DNA of 64,000 bases from positions 30,008,001-30,072,000 of the forward strand of contig OX597824.1 in the NCBI GenBank assembly GCA_951406725.2, given 5' to 3'. Positions 39,496 through 54,037 of the stretch are shown piece by piece. The position numbers were made by a program, and so were the translations under genes. Below the pieces are notes generated by a model that worked only from the letters and a program-made list of their open reading frames with translations, made no database searches and was not told the DNA's origin. Within the stretch, counting starts at the first letter, position 1. Every line of letters begins with the position of its first letter. This DNA is from Octopus vulgaris. Its lineage: Eukaryota.

Positions 39496-40280
39496 AAATC
39501 TCCCTCTTTGGGTCATGATTTTGTTAGTACTGAACCTAGTTCATACTAGAGAGTAGACCTTCGAAGTTCCAGAGTTCTCAAGTGAACCATGGAGGACCGG
39601 TTATTACTTTGATCTGTCTCAACCAGTTCAACTGCTTTCCAGTGTGATAAGCATTTAGAGGATAATGTTCTTGTAAATACCCGGAATATATTCAGACATA
39701 TACATGCACCTATGTATGCACACGTATTATCCATATTTACATTTGCGAATATACAGGTGCATAAGTGTTTTCAGCTTAATGCACCTAATCTTATATTCTG
39801 TTTTCTTTGAATGTCATACGAGTACCTATTGCTTACATACTGGCTTTATTTTCGTTATAAAAGTGTGATGTTTGTTTTCTGTACGAATTGCTTTTGTTTA
39901 ACCATATATTTTCTTTCATGCTCTTTGTATTTTCTGTACCAGTCGCTAAGACTTAACTAAAAATATTTCGAATCTTTTTAGTTTCGTCACCATTGTATCA
40001 ATCCCCAACAACTGACGGTTGGCATCCCCAGTGCTAGAAATTCTGTCTTCGGCGCTGAAACCGAGAAAATCTCCAGATGAAATGTTGATGAAGAGCGTCT
40101 TTTTTTTTCTTTTTCCTTGCCATTTGATTTGTTACGTTTCATCGTTTGCATCTAATTTCTCCCACTTTTTATATCGACACACACGGGCTCATTTACATAT
40201 CCTAATAGTACATTTGATTACTGTGACTTCACTTTTTCTTTCTTTTCTTTCTGTCTGTCTGTCTCTCTCTCTCTCTATCA

Positions 40281-40344
<64 letters not shown>

Positions 40345-40345
<1 letters not shown>

Positions 40346-40750
40346 CTCTTCACGTTCGTCCGTCTTCACATTCCGAGTTCTAATTCCGTTGAGGTCGATT
40401 TGCTTTTCATCTGTTCGGGGTCGATAAAATACATATCAGTTGAGAAATGGAGTCGATATAATGGACCAGCACCCACTCCTGAAACTGCTGAACTTTTGTC
40501 AAAATTTGAAACCAGTATTCTACTAGGTCAAGGCAGCGAGCTGGCAGAATCGTTAGCACGCCGGGCAAAATGCTTAGCGGTATTTCGTCCGCCGTTGCGT
40601 TCTGAGTTCAAATTCCGCCGAGGTCGATTTGCTTTCCATCTTTTCGGGGTCGATAAAATAAGTACCGGTTGAGCACTGACGTCGATGTAATCGATTTACC
40701 CATTCCGTTGAAACTGCTGGCCTTGTGCCAAAATTTGAAACCAATATTTT
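40345..40750 (+). mobile_element. Two SINE family B copies
   Basis: B head at about 40531, B core motifs and AAATTTGAAACCA tails. Confidence 0.85.
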
Positions 40751-42137
40751 ATTTTATCATTTTATTTCAGTGCAGTGTACCCCAGTTAAAAGCAGCATGT
40801 TCTTTCTAACAGGTGGTACCTTACTGCACTAAAATACACAGGACCGTATCATATTAAACTTTCTCAAACATGAAAAATACTCAACACTATAGATTGGATA
40901 TGGAGTGCTGTATTGCTCCTCTGATTCGTTATATACTCATCTATCCACCACCACAAATACAAAAACTCACATACATGCATATATTCATATATATAGAAAG
41001 GGATATACACACATATATATAGATATACACGCAAACGCATATGCATATCTTATTCCAGGTACTTATTCTATCAGTCTCTTTTACCAAAACTAGCAAGTTA
41101 CGGGAATGCAAACAAACTAATACCGGTTGTATGGCAGTGGTCGGACGTACATAAACACAGAAGAATAAACATATATTTACTCGTACGCCCACACACACAC
41201 GCGCACACACACATATACATATATTCGGCAGGCTTCCACACAGTTTCCGTCTAGCAAATTCACTCAAAAGTTATTGGTCGACCCGATGCTATAGTAGAAG
41301 GCCCATGGCCCCGAAACTACATGGTTATAAAGTGAGCTTTTTAACCACGCAGCTATGTTGCACCTATATCTGGACCACTTTTTACGATTAAATTGGGTGA
41401 GTAGAGTTAGTACCGCTAAAATTTACCGGCCCACCCAGACTGGAGCGCTTAATGAAATTTATGTTTAATTTGGACATAAATTGGTTAGTATTTGCAGGAA
41501 AAGAATGCACCAAATCGTCCTAGTTTTTTTATTTATTTAATAGCCTAATCAGAGAAGAGAAGTCAGTACAATCTCCTAACCATGACATATTACAAGATCT
41601 CTGTGACTGCTGGGAGGACGTTATTCTCAGACTGAATACCTGGTGGTCTGAACAAGCTTACAATAGAGGGTTAGATAAAGTCAGAAGACAAAGAGATCAG
41701 TTGCAGAACTCTGACAATTTGCACAAAATAATGTTTGTCGTGCGCAAACAACTTGTTTGCAAATTAATGTTAACTGTTAAGTATTCAGTATAGAGAATTA
41801 GAAAAAAAACATCTGTTGCAAATTAACCACAAAAGATTATTAACAACTTGTAGATTAGTCAAATGGTCTATCGTGAAGAAGGTTACTTAGGAAAGCATTG
41901 AGCGTTCAAGCTCAATTAGTGATAATGAGAGTTAAATTAAGCTCAAACTGCTTTTGTAAGTGACATTTCACTTTGTAAAGTGTCAATCTGTGAAACGTGC
42001 CTTAGGGCAGCCTTCAAGTCTCGCTATTCTATGGAGTGAAATTAGCCTGGTAGATGCACACTTAAGTCACTAGTTTTCACTAGTAATCTGTAGAATAGCA
42101 GAAAGCATATTTGTGTAGGATGCGTGTGTGCGGTTGT

Positions 42138-42183
<46 letters not shown>

Positions 42184-42429
42184 TATGTATGTATTCACAA
42201 AGCCCTTGCAAACATGGGAACATGAATGTAAGAATGGTGATGATCATGATATATTTACCTGTCTGCTGTCCGTCTGTCTGTTTGTCTGAATATATATGTG
42301 TATGTCTGTCTGTCTGTCTATCTGTAGGTATGTATGTATGTATGTATGTATGTATATATGTATGTATGTATGCATGTATGTATCCAAACACTGATATAAC
42401 TTGAAACAGCACGAATCTCATACGTCAAT

Positions 42430-42965
42430 GGCGCTTCTTATGTCATACTTTCTGGCCATTAAAAAAATATTTTAAGAGCTCCTTCATTACATTTATCCAG
42501 TTGTTTGCTTAATGGAATCCTTCTGTGTTGTGTGTTGCCTGTGTATCCACACCCTCTCAGTTAATGCTTGTGAAATCTTCTATCCTTGCCGTAAGGCTTT
42601 ATTTCCACACACTCCAGCTTAATTTAATTCGTCCTTTGTCGAAAGACACCTGTTCTTATGTCTTGTTATTTGTATTTGTGTAACATTCTCCGTTTTTTCC
42701 CGTCCTTGTTTTCGCATACATTCGCTGCTGTCTTCCAAGGAATCTAATGCTCTTAGCTTAGTATTTTTCTTGGAGCTGGCTAGACTGGAGCAATATCGAG
42801 TATAACCTGCCGAAATTGCAAAGATAATCTGCAACTCGACTGAGGAAAGAAAACTACGAATGATCCGTCCTTGTTTTCTTTGTATCGTCTATCTGGATGT
42901 TTTGTTGTCCCTTTTCTGTTTCACCTCAATGTCCGGTTGTTTTGCGTTCTTGTTCTATTTTGTAT
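42430..42965 (+). mobile_element. Penelope-like 3' remnant
   Basis: GCCGAAA..CTCGACTGAGGA..CGAATG motif homologous to about 6340 and 22100; ends in (TA)n. Confidence 0.55.
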
Positions 42966-43499
42966 TTTTATATATATATATATATATATATGCCACGACA
43001 GTTCAGTACCTGATAATTCAGCGCCGACAATTTGGCACTAGATAATTCAACGCATAGACAATTCAGTACGGAGCCTTAGGTAAAAGTTATTTTGAAGGTG
43101 AAAAAAATTAGGAAAAATTTCGATTATTTATTTAAAAACATGTAAAGATTAAAAAAATATACAAAAAGAATAAAAAATGCTAAATTATATTCTTTGAACC
43201 TAGTTAGCTAGTTAAATTTTCGTAGGAAATTCGAAAGGTATAGTTATCTCTTCGTATGGGTATGTGTATATATAGGTTTGTTTTTTTTTTTGTTGTTTTT
43301 TTTTTTGCTGGGGTTTGTTTCATGTATATGTATGCATTTTGTTTATGTATAGTTAACCCATTCTATGACTGCTGTGTTTGTAGGTTGCATTTGCATGTGT
43401 TTTAGATATACAACCAACACCACTATAATGTAGTAATAAATGACATATATTTCATGCACTGAATTGTTAGTACTCCATATATAAATATAAATATATATA

Positions 43500-43535
43500 T
43501 ATATTATTCGCCATGATAGAGAAAGGAAGACACAT

Positions 43536-43621
<86 letters not shown>

Positions 43622-43805
43622 TAGCCACTACACATTCTTTATTTTCTTTCCTTGTTTCTTTCTGTGTTCCTTTCTGTGGAAGAGCGTAGGGTCGAAATGT
43701 TAAAGACTTTTTCACTTCCCTAGCGTTAAACTAATTCATCTGTTTGTTGTCTATACCACCTGTATTCGTCTTTTGTTTTTTTTTTGTGCGTGAATTCTCC
43801 CTATA
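43500..43805 (+). mobile_element. Penelope-like remnant, 29235 family
   Basis: CTTTCTGTGGAAGAGCGTAGGGTCGAAATGTTAAAG; (TA)n on both sides. Confidence 0.65.
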
Positions 43806-43941
<136 letters not shown>

Positions 43942-44559
43942 TATAGAGAGAGAGATAGAGAGAGAGACACACACACACACTCACACAAATACACGCAGAA
44001 AAGAACACATAATTTTATATGTATTCATCTATCTATCTATCTATTTATGCATACACACTCATGCATACATATGTACATAGACATAAATATCGAACTACAT
44101 ACATACACACACACTCACATATATATACACACACACATACATTAGATATTGAATATATTTCTCATTTTACCCTCTATACGAGAATGTTTAATGAAAAAGC
44201 ACCCAATGGTTGAGGGTGAATCAGTTAATGGGTGTAAATATATCATTTGTATATAGATTAGGTCCAAAATCTGTGCTATATTGCCACCTGCCAGCAGAGG
44301 GCAAGTACTGTGACAAATGGATTATATGACTGAGCCAAGATTGACTCTATCTGCCTTTAGTACAGTCCACACTTGAACTTATGTGTCATCAACAAAAGGT
44401 GACAATGTATTTGATCAAACTACAAGAAATATCAGCAAAATCACTACCAAATCCCATGTCACTGTTTTCAAGAATCAGTAGTACATTGGATAATGTAGTC
44501 TTAGATACACTATCAGGTGAGATCAGGGGGTGTGGGGTATGCATCATTGCAGTATGTTA

Positions 44560-44850
44560 CTACGTTCATTATTTGTTGGTATGTTCCCAGGTCCTTCTGG
44601 GTGACCTGCCAAGCAAATTTCCAATCAGTCTCCATCCGTGTGAGATATTTCCTCATCTGCCATGACCACGTGGCATGTGGTTGATCAACATGAGCCATCA
44701 GTCCAGTTGGATCATCAGTGAAGAGAACATGGTAAGCAGGGTCTAACTAGGAAAATCGAACAGCATGGCCAAATATGGCACTCCCGAATCATGCCAGTAA
44801 AAGGACACATCCCAGTTTCTGAGAATAGTCATTAGTTGAATACAAAATCC
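44560..44850 (-). pseudogene. RTE-like LINE ORF C-terminal fragment
   Basis: Minus strand FGHAVRF..DPAYHVL..PHATWSWQM with stops, matching the GHV..GRP..W region of RTE LINEs. Confidence 0.55.
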
Positions 44851-44857
44851 TATAAAT

Positions 44858-45330
44858 CATCATCATCATCATCGTTTAACGTCCGTTTTCCATACTAGCA
44901 CGGGTTGGATGGTTCGACCGGGGCCTGGGAAGCCAGGAGGCTGCACCAGGCTCCAGTCTGATCTGACAGTGTTTCTACAGCTGGATGCCCTTCCTAACGC
45001 CAACCACTCCGTGAGTGTAGTGGGTGCTTTTTACGTGCCACCGACACAGATGCCAGGGGAGGCTGGCATCAGCCACGTTCGGATGGTGCTTTTTACGTGC
45101 CACCGGCACAGAAGCCAGTCAAGGCGACGCTGGCATCGGCCACGTTCGGATGGTGCTTTTTACGTGCCACCAGCACGGGTATCACAACTACAATTTCCAT
45201 TTGATATTTATTTTGATGTTGATGTACTTGACTCAATACGTCTCCCCAAGCACAGCAGGCCGCCCTATGATCCAAGGTAATCACAGCAGGTTTTTCTGCA
45301 ATCCAAGGTACATTTGATGGGCTGGGGCTA
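44858..45330 (-). mobile_element. RTE-type LINE/SINE 3' end with (GAT)n tail
   Basis: (CAT)n-CGTTTAACGTCCGTTTTCCAT..GGGTTGGA; the same tail recurs at about 54615, 54880, 57680 and 60290; internal 3x repeat GGTGCTTTTTACGTGCCACC. Confidence 0.7.
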
Positions 45331-45891
45331 TGCGAAACTGGTGCAGGAGACAGCGATGAACTCACATTATTTGTCGGGTCTTTGCAGTCACAGCGTGAAG
45401 CATCCTGGTACCAAAGGAGTTCAGGCAGCACCTGGGAGCCCTACGACAGGGTGGACCAGAAACCTGAAGAACCGATCCTTTGTCCTCTTGCTCAGATATC
45501 AGCAACACCAAACAACCTTGTCCAATGACTCCACAACTGCACAAGCTTGTCCAATGAGCAAACAGATAATGAGGTGGGCATTAGTGGAATACTTTTAATT
45601 AAAGTTTATCTAAATCAGAGTTGATTTGGGAGGAGGCTGAACTTGGTGAAGTCACTATAAAAAATTTGTCCAGTTTGCTAGAAATATCAGTCAAATCTCT
45701 TTCAATAAATCTCTGCTGCCTTTGAAAATAAATGAAGGATCTTCTGGATGCAATGAAACAGTTTTATATACAGCCACTAGGCTTGGAGAAAATGAATGAA
45801 ATGGTTTTGGCAGGAGTACTTTTGATTATAGGACTGGAATGACTGGCTGACAGTCTGATAGACAGAGAGCTAGGCAGATAGATAGACAGAC

Positions 45892-45961
<70 letters not shown>

Positions 45962-46141
45962 GCAAACAGGAAGACAGACAGACATGTGGATGGATGGATG
46001 GATAGATGGATGGATGGATTGATGGATGGATGGATGGACAGATGGACAGATGGATGGATGGATAGGTAGATAAATAGACAGAGAGAGATATGGAGACAGA
46101 GGATGGAGAAGGAGAAAGGAAGACACATGATATGTGTATAT

Positions 46142-46203
<62 letters not shown>

Positions 46204-46745
46204 GCATATATACAAACAAATCAAATCAATATACTTTATTCACAAATATACGTGAACACACATGTATACAAGCAAACAGACAGATATGGATATAGATTTT
46301 AAAACAAACACACAGACACAGAAATACTTACATATAAACATGCACAAAGATCCAGAATTGTTCTAAACAAGCACACAGACACAGAAACATCCCGATACAT
46401 ACACGCATATCGATTGATCAGCCAGTAAAAGGACACAAAGTAAAACTTACAAGTAAATGTATATGCATGCATACATACTCATATGTTTATGTATGCATAT
46501 ATGTATATATACATACAACATATATATATATATATATATATTTCTCTTTTTTTCTCTTTTACTTGTTTCAGCCATTTGGACTGCGGCCATGCTGGAGCAC
46601 CGCCTTTAATCGAGCAACTCGACCCCGGGACTTATTCTTTTGTAAGCCCAGTACTTATTCTATCGGTCTCGTTTGCCGAACCACTAAGTAATATACATAA
46701 ATATATATGTATATATATATGTATATATATATGTATATATATATG

Positions 46746-46804
<59 letters not shown>

Positions 46805-46914
46805 TTTGATACTTTGATAGGTTTCGGCCATTATTGGCCCAGGCCATGTCTAACTTAATAGCACCACCTGTTACAAACTATATATATATGTATATTTTTA
46901 TTCTTATATTCTTA

Positions 46915-47250
46915 TATATTTTTCAGTCATTTGACTGCAGCCATGCTGGAGCAGTGCCTTTAGTCGAACAAATCAACCCCATGACTTATTCTTTGTAAGC
47001 CTACTACTTATTCTATTGGTCTTTTTTCTCAAGCGATGTTGTGAGGAACAGATACACAAACATATACACACATAGATATACATATATATACCACAACCTT
47101 CTTTCAGTTTCCGTCTACCAAATCCAGTCACAAGGCTTTGGTTGACCTGAGGCTATAGCAGAAGACACTTGCCCAAGGTACTATGCAGTGGGACTGAACC
47201 CAGTAACATGTAAGCAAGCTACTTACCACACAACCACTCCTGCACCTATA

Positions 47251-47296
<46 letters not shown>

Positions 47297-47940
47297 AAGG
47301 GAGAGAGAGAGAGAGAGAGATCTAAAAGATAAGGAGTTTTCTTCAAGGTGTATGCATTATATATATATATATATATGCATATATGGGTACAGGGTGTTAC
47401 AAGCTATAAACTACATGAAATATGGAAACAAATGAGTTGAGTATGCAAACAATGAGAGAAACAAATGGTAAACAGGGCAAGTAACATAAAGAATGACCCT
47501 CCATCAGTTGTCGCCAGTCCATCTACTCCTCATTTCGAGCATGTATATATGCGTATATATTCTTTTATTTGTTTCAGTCATTTGACTGTAGCCATGCTGG
47601 AGCACCACCTTTAGCCGAGCAAATTGACCCCAGGACATATTCTTTGTAAGCATAGTACTTATTCTATCGGACTCTTTTGCCAAACCACTATGTTACAAGG
47701 ACGTAAACACACCAGCATCAGTTGTCAAGCGATGTTTGGAGGACAAACACAGACACACAAACATATACATATATATATATATATATACATATACAACGGG
47801 TTTCCAAATCCACTCACAAGGCTTTGGTCAGCCTGAGGCTCTAGTAGAAGGCATTTGCCCAAGTTGCTGTGAAGTGGGACTGAACCCGGAACCATGTGGT
47901 TGGTAAGCAAGCTACTTACCACACATTCAGTCTTGCACCT
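46915..47940 (-). mobile_element. Two CpG-decayed SINE family A copies around a Penelope-like remnant
   Basis: A copies at about 46915-47245 and 47560-47940; remnant at about 47380-47545 homologous to 22500-22710. Confidence 0.8.
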
Positions 47941-48202
47941 ATACACAGACAGTCATGCACTCATACACAGCCAGTCATATATATATAGAGTGATTGTTGA
48001 ATAGATTCAAATCTATGTTGACTGGTGATACAGTATGGACGGATTTTCGAAGTCCAACGATACCCTACACACCTATTTGGTTATGAAGATTTACAAACAT
48101 ACTTTCTCAGTGAGACTCGATATACCTACCATTATGGGTAATACCAAATGTACCTTTCGGATTTTTCATAACGTGATGTAAATCTTTGGTATCGCAATTG
48201 CA

Positions 48203-48295
48203 TGCGGCTGAAGAGAGCTTTAAACCATCCTTTATGTCGATTATACATTGATGTAAGAATAGGTCATTTATAAAGCTTGAAACATGTGTACCGCA
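48203..48295 (+). ncRNA. Type I hammerhead ribozyme, canonical core
   Basis: Stem I TGCGG/CCGCA; CTGAAGA 48208-48214; stem II GAGCTTTA/TAAAGCTT with long extension; GAAA 48279-48282; stem III CATGTG; GUA cleavage triplet ending at 48290. Confidence 0.83.
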
Positions 48296-48326
48296 ACATC
48301 CTTTGAGTTCTGTTTTTGATTTCATT

Positions 48327-48364
<38 letters not shown>

Positions 48365-48934
48365 ATATGTATGGAGGGATGTAGATGGATGCTTGCATGT
48401 ATATATATATATATATATATACATTTATAATATACAAATTTAAATATGCATTTACATTTATATTTATATTTATGTGTGCGTGTATATATACACACACATA
48501 CATGCACACGCATGCATGCACATGCACACACACACACACATACACAGACACACACAAACACACATACAAACATATTCTATAGGGGCTGTATATAACTGGG
48601 TATATATATAATTATGAATGTTAAGTGTGTGAAGATGATTAATACCTCGATATGATTAACAGTGAAGTATATTTTAATATTAGAAAAACTGTCCAATATT
48701 CCATCAATTAAACACAATTAAATCGGATGTCGACAGATACTGAAGCTGAAATTTCTACAATGCTGTACCCTCGTCACCTCCACCCACCCCCACCCCACCC
48801 CCGCTGCTTTTGCAAAAAAAAAAAAGGAAAAAGGGAAAAAGAAAGAAAAAGGGAAGGAAGGAGCTGATATGATCTCCAGTTTTCTGCTTGCAGGCAATGA
48901 AAGCATCCAGCACTGAGAACATTCCAGTCTGTTG

Positions 48935-49025
48935 TCTTTGTTGTTGTTGTTGTTGTGGTGGTGGTGGTGGAAGGGTGGTGGTGGTCATTGTTGTTATACT
49001 CAATAATATAAAGACATCATTACTG

Positions 49026-49061
<36 letters not shown>

Positions 49062-49439
49062 TTACTACTACTACCACTACAACTACTACATACTGTAGTA
49101 CTAGTGGTAGCAGCAGCAGTAGTAGTAGTGGGTGGAAGAGATGGTGGTGGTGGTAGCGGTGGTGGTGGTGGTGATGGTGGTGGTTGTAGTTGTTGTTGTA
49201 GTGGGTGGAAGATATGGTGATAGTGGTGGTAGCAGTAGTGGTGGTGGTGGTGGTGGAGGTGATGGTGGTGGTGGTTGTAGTTGTAGTGCTTGATTTTGTC
49301 GATGTAGTTGTAATAGGGGTGGTAGTGGTGTTGGTGTTGATAATAGCAGTAGTAGTAGAGATGGTAGTCATGTGGTGGTGGTGGTGGTGGTGGTGGTGAC
49401 AGTAGCAGCAGCAGCAGTAGCAGCAGTAGCAGCAGCAGC

Positions 49440-49482
<43 letters not shown>
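48935..49482. repeat. Compound trinucleotide array (GTT, GGT, CTA, GTA, GCA)
   Basis: Direct inspection. Confidence 0.93.
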
Positions 49483-49678
49483 TTGGCATTGAAGATGAAA
49501 AACTAAAAGCTTTCAAATATTTAGTTTTCTCCTTATAACTTATCATCCTAGGTTCAAATCCCTCCAGGGACAATGAACTTGCCTTTCATTAATATCCACT
49601 ACCCTCTGTACAATATACATATGTGTGTGTGAGTGTATGTGTGTGTGAGTGTATGTGTGTGTGAGTGTATACATAATA

Positions 49679-50563
49679 CAGGGTGATTGAAAAAAACTCC
49701 CAATTTTAAAATACTTGTAATTTATTTCTTAACTATGATTTTTTTCTCAAATTTGTTGTGTTTGTTTTTTAATTCACGGAAATTGATTCTCTGTTGTTTT
49801 TTTCTTATAGTTTATTTTGGAGTTTAGGAGGCGATGTTGGATGGTATGAAGAATGGTCTGATGTCTTTAAAAATATCCTCTGGAGTGATGAAGTGGTGTT
49901 TCACATTGGTGGATTTGTGAACCATCACAACTGCTACTACTGGGCAGGAGAAGATCCTCGTATTACCTCTGAAAAAATACAGAATCGGCCCAAGGTAAAA
50001 GTATGGAGTGGAATGACTTTGGACAGGATTGTGGGTCCTTTCATCCTTTGCAATACCATGAATGCTGAAAAGTACCTCATGAAATCTGACCAGTTATCAG
50101 TACTTGGAAGAATATTGAAGATTTGATTTTTATGCAAGATGGCACTCCTCCACATTTTTCTATTGTTGTTCCTGAATGGCTGAATGCCCTCTTCCCTGGC
50201 AGATAGATGGGTCATCAAGGTCTGCATGATTGGCCAACCAGAAGCCCTGTGACTTTTTTCTTTGGGGTTAGTTAAAGGAGCAAGTCTACTCTACCAAACT
50301 TTGGAGGGACTTGAAGGGCAAATTTGAGAAGTTATGTCTTCCATCCCACAAGAGCTCCAAATGAAATCAGTTGATGCAGTTCCTGGGCTGCTTGAGAAGC
50401 TGGGAATGAATGCTGGTGCCTATCTCGAATGTATATATATATATATATGTATATGTATATATAATGCCCAATTGACTCTACTATACTGTGTAGACAACAG
50501 AATCCAAAACAAACAATGTGCATGAGTGAAATTACAAATATAAAATGGCAACAATTTACCCTG
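49679..50563 (+). mobile_element. Internally deleted Tc1/mariner-superfamily transposon (DD37D-like), pseudogenised
   Basis: TA|CAGGGT...ACCCTG|TA ends; ILWSDEVVFHIGGFVNHHNC, KVKVWSG..IVGPF, QDGTPPH and WPTRSP..DFFLWG motifs with frameshifts. Confidence 0.88.
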
Positions 50564-50596
<33 letters not shown>

Positions 50597-51669
50597 ATAT
50601 GTATGTGTGTCAGTTGATATAAGGAGGCGGTTCTGTTTCTATCTTTATCATCATCACCACCACCACCACTACCACAACTATCATCCATCATGATCATTAT
50701 CAACACCTTTGTTACAGCTCTCATTATCATCCGAACCACCAACACCACCACCACCACCACCATCACCATCATCATCATCATCATAATCAAGATCATCACT
50801 ATCATCATTGTCATCATCACTTCTATATCAGCTTTTTCCATGCTGACAAAGGTAAGATTCAATTAATTCAATGGTTGGATGCCTTCCCTGTTCCTTAACA
50901 TCTAAAATTTTTTTTATTCCATTGGTCTTCACATATGAAACCCAATGAAAACAATGAGTTGTCTTCAATTTTTGCACACATTGTATGTGTTGCAATGACA
51001 CCATTCGAACAAAAAAAAATCATGATATGTACATAAACATATACAGGTATATCAAATACCATACAACATCAATTCTTTATTTATCAAAATTATGTCTGCC
51101 TCTACACGGTGTGTCACAATTACCAAAAGGCAATTAAAACCAGCTCCATACAAGAAAGGAAGTTAATCTCAAGATTCAAGAATTCTCGAAAGTTGATTTT
51201 TGCGGAAAAAGATAGGCTTATGGTCTGAAGATAAGAGGACAGTTATGGACATAAGTTTTTGGCTCAGTAACTATCATCAGTACAACAATTGTCCAATCTT
51301 ATATCCAGTTGCAAACGAATTATGGAAATAAGAAACATGTTTAATTTATGTAATTTTAATTCTAGGGCACTAAGTCTTCAGAAATGAAAATCACTGGATT
51401 GGAAGCTTTATATCTTGAGATTGAAAGTGGCCCAGATTTCTGGATTTTCTAGTTTTCTGGGGTTAAACATATTCTCAAGATAAACATTTATTAAAACATA
51501 GTTAAAATAATAAACGTATTATCAGCATACATATATACTTAAAATAAATTATGAAAAGTAAATTTCATTTAACAGATTCAAATTTATACATTCTAAAGCA
51601 GGGTCTGTTTTAATATTTATAAATCCATTTTAAATTCTTATAATATATCATACTGCACAATTTATATAG

Positions 51670-52000
51670 TGCTAGTGCATGCATATACAGCTGCGTACAT
51701 GTGCACATACACTCGAGTACTGTCCAAATCTCCGACCAATCACATACAGCTAGCTGGCATTCAATTGGTGTATCAAGTTTCGGGCATTTTGATTGGGTTT
51801 TGGATAGAAAATTCACAAAAAAGTCACTTCTATTGATTTTTTAATGACTTTGCGAAGTGACTGGGGAAAAGTAAAGATGTGCACAGCCACCCTTGGACAG
51901 TTTTGAATGACCATAGAAAGTGCGAGCCCTCTAACTGAAAAACTGTGGATTTGTATAAAGGACATGCACACAGACATTTTGCTGTTTATATATGTAGAGA
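51670..52000 (-). mobile_element. Probable non-autonomous Helitron-like element
   Basis: Minus strand starts TCTCTACATATATAAACAGCAAAATGTCTGTG, like the other Helitron 5' ends; CTAG near 51673; no clear 3' hairpin. Confidence 0.5.
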
Positions 52001-52589
52001 TAATGTTTATAGGATGAAAATTAAATTAAAAAAAGCTTTAGCAGATACAGGTACAAATTAATACAATAGCAAAACAGAGTATCTTTAATCTTTATCAATC
52101 CAAGAAAAACAAAAAAATATTGAACAAAACTATTTTTAGCACATTGTATGCAAGGCACTCCATTACAGCTAGCCCATGAAATTCAAAACTAGCCACTTTC
52201 AAAAATGCCAAATTTTTGGTAATTCCAGATTTTTCTAAACTGGATAAGAGCCCTGGTACTGTATTTAGTCACATTCATCCACATTCTAATTGAGCTGACA
52301 TATTTCATACCACAAGTACAAATATATATTAATCACAAAAGAAGCTTGATCCATTCAAATTCATTGCTCTCTTATAATTATTGACCTTATGCCAATTCAA
52401 AATATGTCACTGTTTTTATTTTTGGAATATCTTAAAGTGGACTTTAGAATCTTTAATCTTTCGTTTGAGATATATCGTTATCTTTTACACAGGTAAAGTA
52501 TGCAAAAAGAATGTGTTTTGAATGTGTTGTGTGTCTGCACCCCTCCTTTCTCTATATATCTATATCTATCTATGTATATATAAATATAT

Positions 52590-52788
52590 ATACTCTTTTT
52601 ACTCTTTTACTTGTTTCAGTCATTTGACTGCGGCCATCCTGGAGCACCGCCTTTAGTCAAGCAAATCGACCTCAGGACTTATTCTTTCTAAACCTAGTAC
52701 TAATTCGATCAGTCTCTTTTGCCGAACTGCTAAGTTACAGCATCGGTTGCCAAGCGATGTTGGGGGGACAAACACAGACACACAAATG

Positions 52789-52822
<34 letters not shown>

Positions 52823-52995
52823 CATATATATGATGGGCTTCTTTCAATTTCCATCTACCAAATCCACGAACAAAGCTTTGGTCGGCCCAAGGTTATAGCA
52901 GAAGACACTTACCCAAGGTGCCACGCAGTGGGACTGAACCCGGAACCATGTGGCTGGTAAGCAAGCTACTTACCACACAGCCACTCATGCGCCTA
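52590..52995 (-). mobile_element. SINE family A
   Basis: Colinear with family A. Confidence 0.9.
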
Positions 52996-53163
52996 TATAT
53001 ACGTGTGTGTATGTACTAAGAAGTAGAAGACACTTGCCCAAGATGCCACACAGTGAGATTGAACCCAAAAATCACATGGTTGCAAAGCGAGCTGGACATT
53101 AAATGATGATGATGATGATGATGATGATGATTACGATGGTGATGATGATGGTGATGATGATGG

Positions 53164-53220
<57 letters not shown>

Positions 53221-54005
53221 GGAGGAGGAGGAGGAGGAGGAGGAGGAGGAGGAGGAGGAGGAGGATTTCCATGCCAGTATCTATTTCTTGAAATTGTCTT
53301 TTCTTTCCTTTGAGTGTTGCTGAACAATTGTAGTTCGTTCTTTTCTTTCTCCAATTGAATGACAAATATCAATTCAGTGTGGATTAATAATTTTTTTTTT
53401 TTTTTTGCATTCACCATTCATTCCTAACATGACCATCGCCTGTACCATCTAAATTCTTACCATTAGCAAACGTGGGGCACTTCCCTGTTTTTTTTGTTTT
53501 TTTGTAATTGTACATGCAGTTGGAAGGACAGAACCACTACAAGATTAGCATCATGGTCAAAGATCATATAATAACATTATTGATAGGACATGTACTGTGG
53601 ACTCTGGACTCTTCAAGTGCCAGGTTCTTTAGACACCTGACTTGGTCACTCAGCTGCAACTTTAACAGGTAGCCAAACTTCCTTCAGTACACATCCTTTC
53701 TCAGATTTATTGTTTGTAATTACAAAAGTAAAAAAATAAAACAATTTTGATAAAGTAGTACTTGATATTCTTACATTCATCACCATTATCATTGTTTTAA
53801 TGTCCACATTTCAATGCTTGTATGGATCATACAAAATTTACTGATGCAGATTTTCTACAGCTGGATACTCTTCCTGAAGCCAACACTTGCTTTACTCCGA
53901 CAGTAATATTCCCCACCCACCCTGAAATATTGAGGGAAAGAATGACACCAACTGTAGGATGGTGACACTTGCTTATGACTGTTAAGAATACTGAGGCAAG
54001 GAGGC

Positions 54006-54037
<32 letters not shown>

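Noticed and set aside
46815-46850. GGCC-AATAAT-GGCC-GAAA on the minus strand resembling hammerhead stem II
   Set aside because: CUGANGA strand and stem I are absent
48755-49573. Longest ORF (272 aa) with poly-L/P/H/T/S/Q tracts
   Set aside because: Open only because of a compound trinucleotide array; overlapping frames on both strands are equally open
51060-51225. Possible minus-strand terminal exon (HKPIFFRKNQLSRILES*) followed by AATAAA
   Set aside because: Too short, no recognisable homology, and such signals are common by chance in AT-rich DNA
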